DNA of 63,373 nucleotides, the filler included, from Rhizaria sp. SCN 62-66 (lineage: Eukaryota), in NCBI GenBank assembly GCA_001724265.1. It is 10 parts of 10 records of this genome, joined end to end, with 100 filler letters (N's around TTAATTAATTAA, not from the genome) between each part and the next. Parts side by side here need not be neighbours in the genome. Positions count along the whole stretch, not along the records: positions 57,759 to 63,373 come from MEDY01000655.1; 9 more parts are not named here. One strand, written 5' to 3'. Below are positions 59,984 through 63,373 of the stretch, piece after piece (position 1 is the stretch's first letter; each line of letters begins with the position of its first letter). A program made the position numbers and the translations under genes. The notes under the pieces were generated by a model that was not told the DNA's origin, made no database searches, and saw only the letters and a list, made by a program, of their open reading frames with translations.

Positions 59984-61174
59984 ATGCGATTTATATACCT
60001 TACGTACTGTAGTCAGGATGGGTCGGGATGGGGTGGGGGAGAGTCCCAGTATGTCGAAGATGTCCGACGGCGAGCGCTTGAGCACTTGAGGAAGTTTGGC
60101 ATTTCTCAAAAGCTCCTTGCCGCCGACATTGCCTACTCGGACGCCATGGTTTCTCTGTGGCTCCGGAGCCGAAGCGACAGCGTGCGCGTTGCGAAGAGGG
60201 TGAACGACTGGCTGGAGGGTCAGGTTTCTCTGACCTCGCTCCAGTCGGCTGCGCACGCCCCCGCCATTGTGGAGGCCACAAAAACAGTGTCACTTTTGCA
60301 TGCCCTCGAGTCCGGCTCGCGCCGGATCGACGAGTTGTCACGCTCGTTCGAGGCTCTCGGAGTCGGCGACGTCGAGAAGCTGCCGGAAGTGCTGCACGAG
60401 GAGTTCAATAAAATCGGTACACTCCAATGCTTCCTCGTTCTGACTATTCTAACTTATACGGACTAGATTTCGACGAGCGCATGGCCGAAAACCAGCGTAT
60501 CGTGCGCATCAACAAAGAGGCCTTCCTGCGCGATCGGGAGCGGTTGGTGCCGCCTGTGCGCCCGGGCGAGTACGTCTGGTTTGCAGACGGCAAGCTGGGC
60601 GCGCGCTCGATGGAGAAGCAAGAGCTTCTATCAAGCCTCATTCTTCTCGACTCCTCCGGCGGCTACCTTCATCACGAGCCGGACGGCGCGCCTCCCACGT
60701 CGACCGACCCGTCTCTTGAGCATCTGATGCGCTCCGTCGGCGAGGCGTGCCGCCATCTTGGAAACCGCGATGACGGCACGGCAGCTTTGATCGTCATGGC
60801 GAGTGTGCGAGGAGGAGGAACGCCTTTTGCCTTCAAGGAACGAACGAGCGTCCCTAGGGTAGTTTGACCTATTTATCGTTCTGCAGGTGGACACTGGATC
60901 CCCGGTGACTCTCGTTCCCAAGCAATACCTTGCGTTCCTTGTCCCCGCGACCGTTTCGCCGCGCTATACCGGCTACAATGAGGTGGCCTCCGACCCGAGG
61001 GACACGGACATCCTGCACCTGGGGTCGATATGTGTAAACGGCCTTGCGCCTCGTGGGTTAGCAACTATTATTTTGCGTCGAGATGAGTATCCGTATGGCT
61101 TGCTTGGATTGGACTTTTTGCAGCTTGCGGCTCTTCACTCGGTCCTTAAAGCTGCCGATGTTCGCGAACCATAA
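59984..61174 (+). CDS. Cro-like HTH + retropepsin-type aspartic protease (spliced, start uncertain)
   Basis: GISQKLLAADIAYSDAMVSLWL HTH; intron 60417-60466; last exon VDTGSP.T...LLGLDFL after the acceptor at 60886. Confidence 0.65.
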
Positions 61175-62371
61175 CTCTCATCCCATGTCTTTCGCTTGTG
61201 TTTTCGTGTCTCAGTCATCCAGACTGTCCGTCTCCACCTCCCATGCCTGTAAATGCAAGCAGCACAGTCCTTCCTCCGTCGTCCTCCCTCCGTCCCTCCT
61301 TCCCTTCTCAAAAGGGATTCTATGGATATATTATTATTGCTTTTTGAAGAGGAAAGAGAGAAGTACTAAATAGAAAGAGAGAAATGATGAAAGTTTGGAA
61401 GTGGAACGAAATCTGATAAGTTCCCATAGAGTTGGTTCCGAGAGGACTTTTGAGAAATCAATCCACCACTTCCACCACTCCATCACTACTAAAAATTAGT
61501 GAAATGTGGAAAAGTGCGCAAAGCATATCATTGGATGGCAGCACTGGCGTGCTTCCGCAGAAAGAGAACTCGTGCGCCCTTCGGGCTTCGAGGTTTGCGC
61601 GCTTCGGGCTCTGGGGCATGTGGCCGTTGGGCGAGCTTGTCGAGCTCATCCCTTCAGTGGCTCCAGCCTTGCAGGCTTATGCATGATAACACGCGCGCCC
61701 TTCGGGCTTCGAGAGTATGCGCGCTTGGGGGGTCTTGCAGTTTGCAACAGGACGGCAGTTACAAGGCTGCGGCATACTGTAATATCACGTGCACGGGTTC
61801 ATATGGAGGAGCATACGTGTGGCAGAGCTGATTTGATGTGTCACCCTTTCATTTGATCTTTAGTTTGCAGTTTAGTTTGCAGTTTCTTGCATGAAGCAAT
61901 GGCGTCATTCTTACGTGTGGCCAGAGGAGACCAAGCCACGCGTCGGAGCCCAGGTCAAACCTGGCTCTTCTCTGTGTTTCATTGGTCAGTGTAGAATTGT
62001 TATCCATATTTGATAGGAGTATATATATTGGCAACAATAAAGTCGCTTTTCCCCTGTGTCACAAGGTAGTTTTTCCGTGAACCCCCCCCGTTATTATGTG
62101 TATTTGTGCACTCGAGGGAGACCTCGCGAGGCTCAACCTTAAACGGGGGGGGGCGGTGCGATGCTTTAGCATTTGATTGGTGGGGCGGTGGACGGCTGGG
62201 CCACTCACAGGGCCCGTCTTCAATCGTAGCCAAGATTTAGCGAAATTAGAAAGCAAACAGCCACTTACAATCAAGAGGAAAAGAAGACTCGCCGACGCCC
62301 TGCACAGTCAACCCGACTTCATGAGAAAGGGGCCTTACATGCACAACCCACCCAATACACGACGATATTAT

Positions 62372-63145
62372 CTACGGGTTTAGCCACCTTTCGAGAGACT
62401 CAACCGTTCTGGTGTAGATGAGTCTGATGAGATCCTCCGTACTCAGCGGTTTACAAACAGTTGAGTGGTCGGTGTCCGTCGCAACGGCATCATGCTGAGG
62501 CAAAGCCATGTCGGCTGATTCGCGAGGAACTATGATGGCACTGACAAAAGTGGTAACCTTCAAGGGTTCCTTCTCGTAGAATGAGACTGATCCAACGTTA
62601 AGCGCGACGAAAGCATCCTGAAGCTCCTTCAGGTTCATGTTGAAAGCCTCGAGGGTGTCAATTGCCGGTGTATGACGCCCAATGCGGAAGTATTTCACCC
62701 AATCCGCCAGATCGGAGCCCATATGCGGCGTGCCATAAAAAACGACACCACGTACACTCTCGAGCAGGCAAGCTGCATACGTAGCCAATTCCGGATTGGT
62801 GGTCTCGCGTGCGACCTCGCGCGCGTGCACGAGAGCCGCCTTAATTACAAGTCCTCCCATGGAATGGCCCAAGAATACCACGGGACGACCATTAGAGCCA
62901 ATGCGATGCACATGAAGCTCTGCAAAAAAATTCTTCGCTCTTTCCTTCAGACACATCCTAGCGGGTTGACCTTGCCAAAAAGACATGTCATTCGGGTAAC
63001 CGTATGTGTATACGGCGGCATGGCGAAAGCTCAGTGGTATCCAATCGCGAGGCCACATAATCGTACTCGCACAGTGGAATACCACATAATTATTCCATGC
63101 TGGGCTGTAGCACACATTGAACAAGGGCTGGTCAGTGCTCCTCAA
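62372..63145 (-). CDS. SERAC1/PGAP1-like alpha/beta hydrolase (5' part unresolved)
   Basis: WPRDW.P, RP.VF.GHSMGGLVIK, GVVFYGTPH.GS, FYE, IVP.ESA and DH..VCK. Confidence 0.82.
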   Translation of the reverse strand: MRSTDQPLFNVCYSPAWNNYVVFHCASTIMWPRDWIPLSFRHAAVYTYGYPNDMSFWQGQPARMCLKERAKNFFAELHVHRIGSNGRPVVFLGHSMGGLVIKAALVHAREVARETTNPELATYAACLLESVRGVVFYGTPHMGSDLADWVKYFRIGRHTPAIDTLEAFNMNLKELQDAFVALNVGSVSFYEKEPLKVTTFVSAIIVPRESADMALPQHDAVATDTDHSTVCKPLSTEDLIRLIYTRTVESLERWLNP

Positions 63146-63159
63146 GTGAAGGATCAGGA

Positions 63160-63225
63160 TCAGGGTCAGGGTCAGGGTCAGGGTCAGGGTCAGGGTCAGG
63201 GTCAGGGTCAGGGTCAGGGTCAGGG
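63160..63225. repeat. (TCAGGG)11 hexamer repeat
   Basis: Perfect tandem hexamer with degenerate flanks. It reads (PD)n on the minus strand. Confidence 0.9.
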
Positions 63226-63373
63226 TCGGGGACAGGGGCAGAATCAGGGCCTGAGTTTAGGGTGCACCAACGACCATGGATGCTGCGACTGGCCAGGCAC
63301 TTTCGCGAGAGGTACGGGGTGGCACGGATGATGCGAACAATGCCTCCCATGGAATGTCACCCATTAGCTTACC

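Noticed and set aside
63160..63225. (TCAGGG)n as a telomere
   Set aside because: Internal, only 11 units, degenerates on both sides, and reads as a (PD)n coding-type repeat.
1..63373. CRISPR array, rRNA or prokaryotic operon
   Set aside because: No repeat-spacer array or rRNA signature was seen, and the content is eukaryotic.

Overview
This is not one locus. It is ten eukaryotic contigs (about 5-8 kb each) joined by 100-nt N/TTAATTAATTAA linkers, probably a protist metagenomic bin. Spliceosomal GT-AG introns, eIF3L and the basal-body gene BBOF1 point to eukaryote(s), at least one of them flagellated. Main result: in five contigs (1, 3, 4, 5, 6) long genes are interrupted by 13 in-frame TAG codons and the reading frame continues cleanly past each one, while the genes end in TAA or TGA. 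This suggests a variant nuclear code with UAG as a sense codon (most likely Gln) and UAA kept as stop. One recoded gene is a virophage-type major capsid protein lying next to a frameshifted penton gene, i.e. an endogenous virophage that appears to share the code. Other notable items: a spliced SPX-NagD/HAD phosphatase fusion, a mirror-symmetric 7-tRNA cluster around a Q/N-rich ORF, a Roc-COR-TIR gene, a Kolobok-like transposon carrying a RecQ helicase, a Crinkler/RHS-type NTPase-nuclease, a DEAH-RBR helicase, and MULE and IS630-Tc1-mariner elements. Contigs 7-10 need no TAG read-through and may come from a second organism. All family calls come from motifs recognised by eye; no database search was run.
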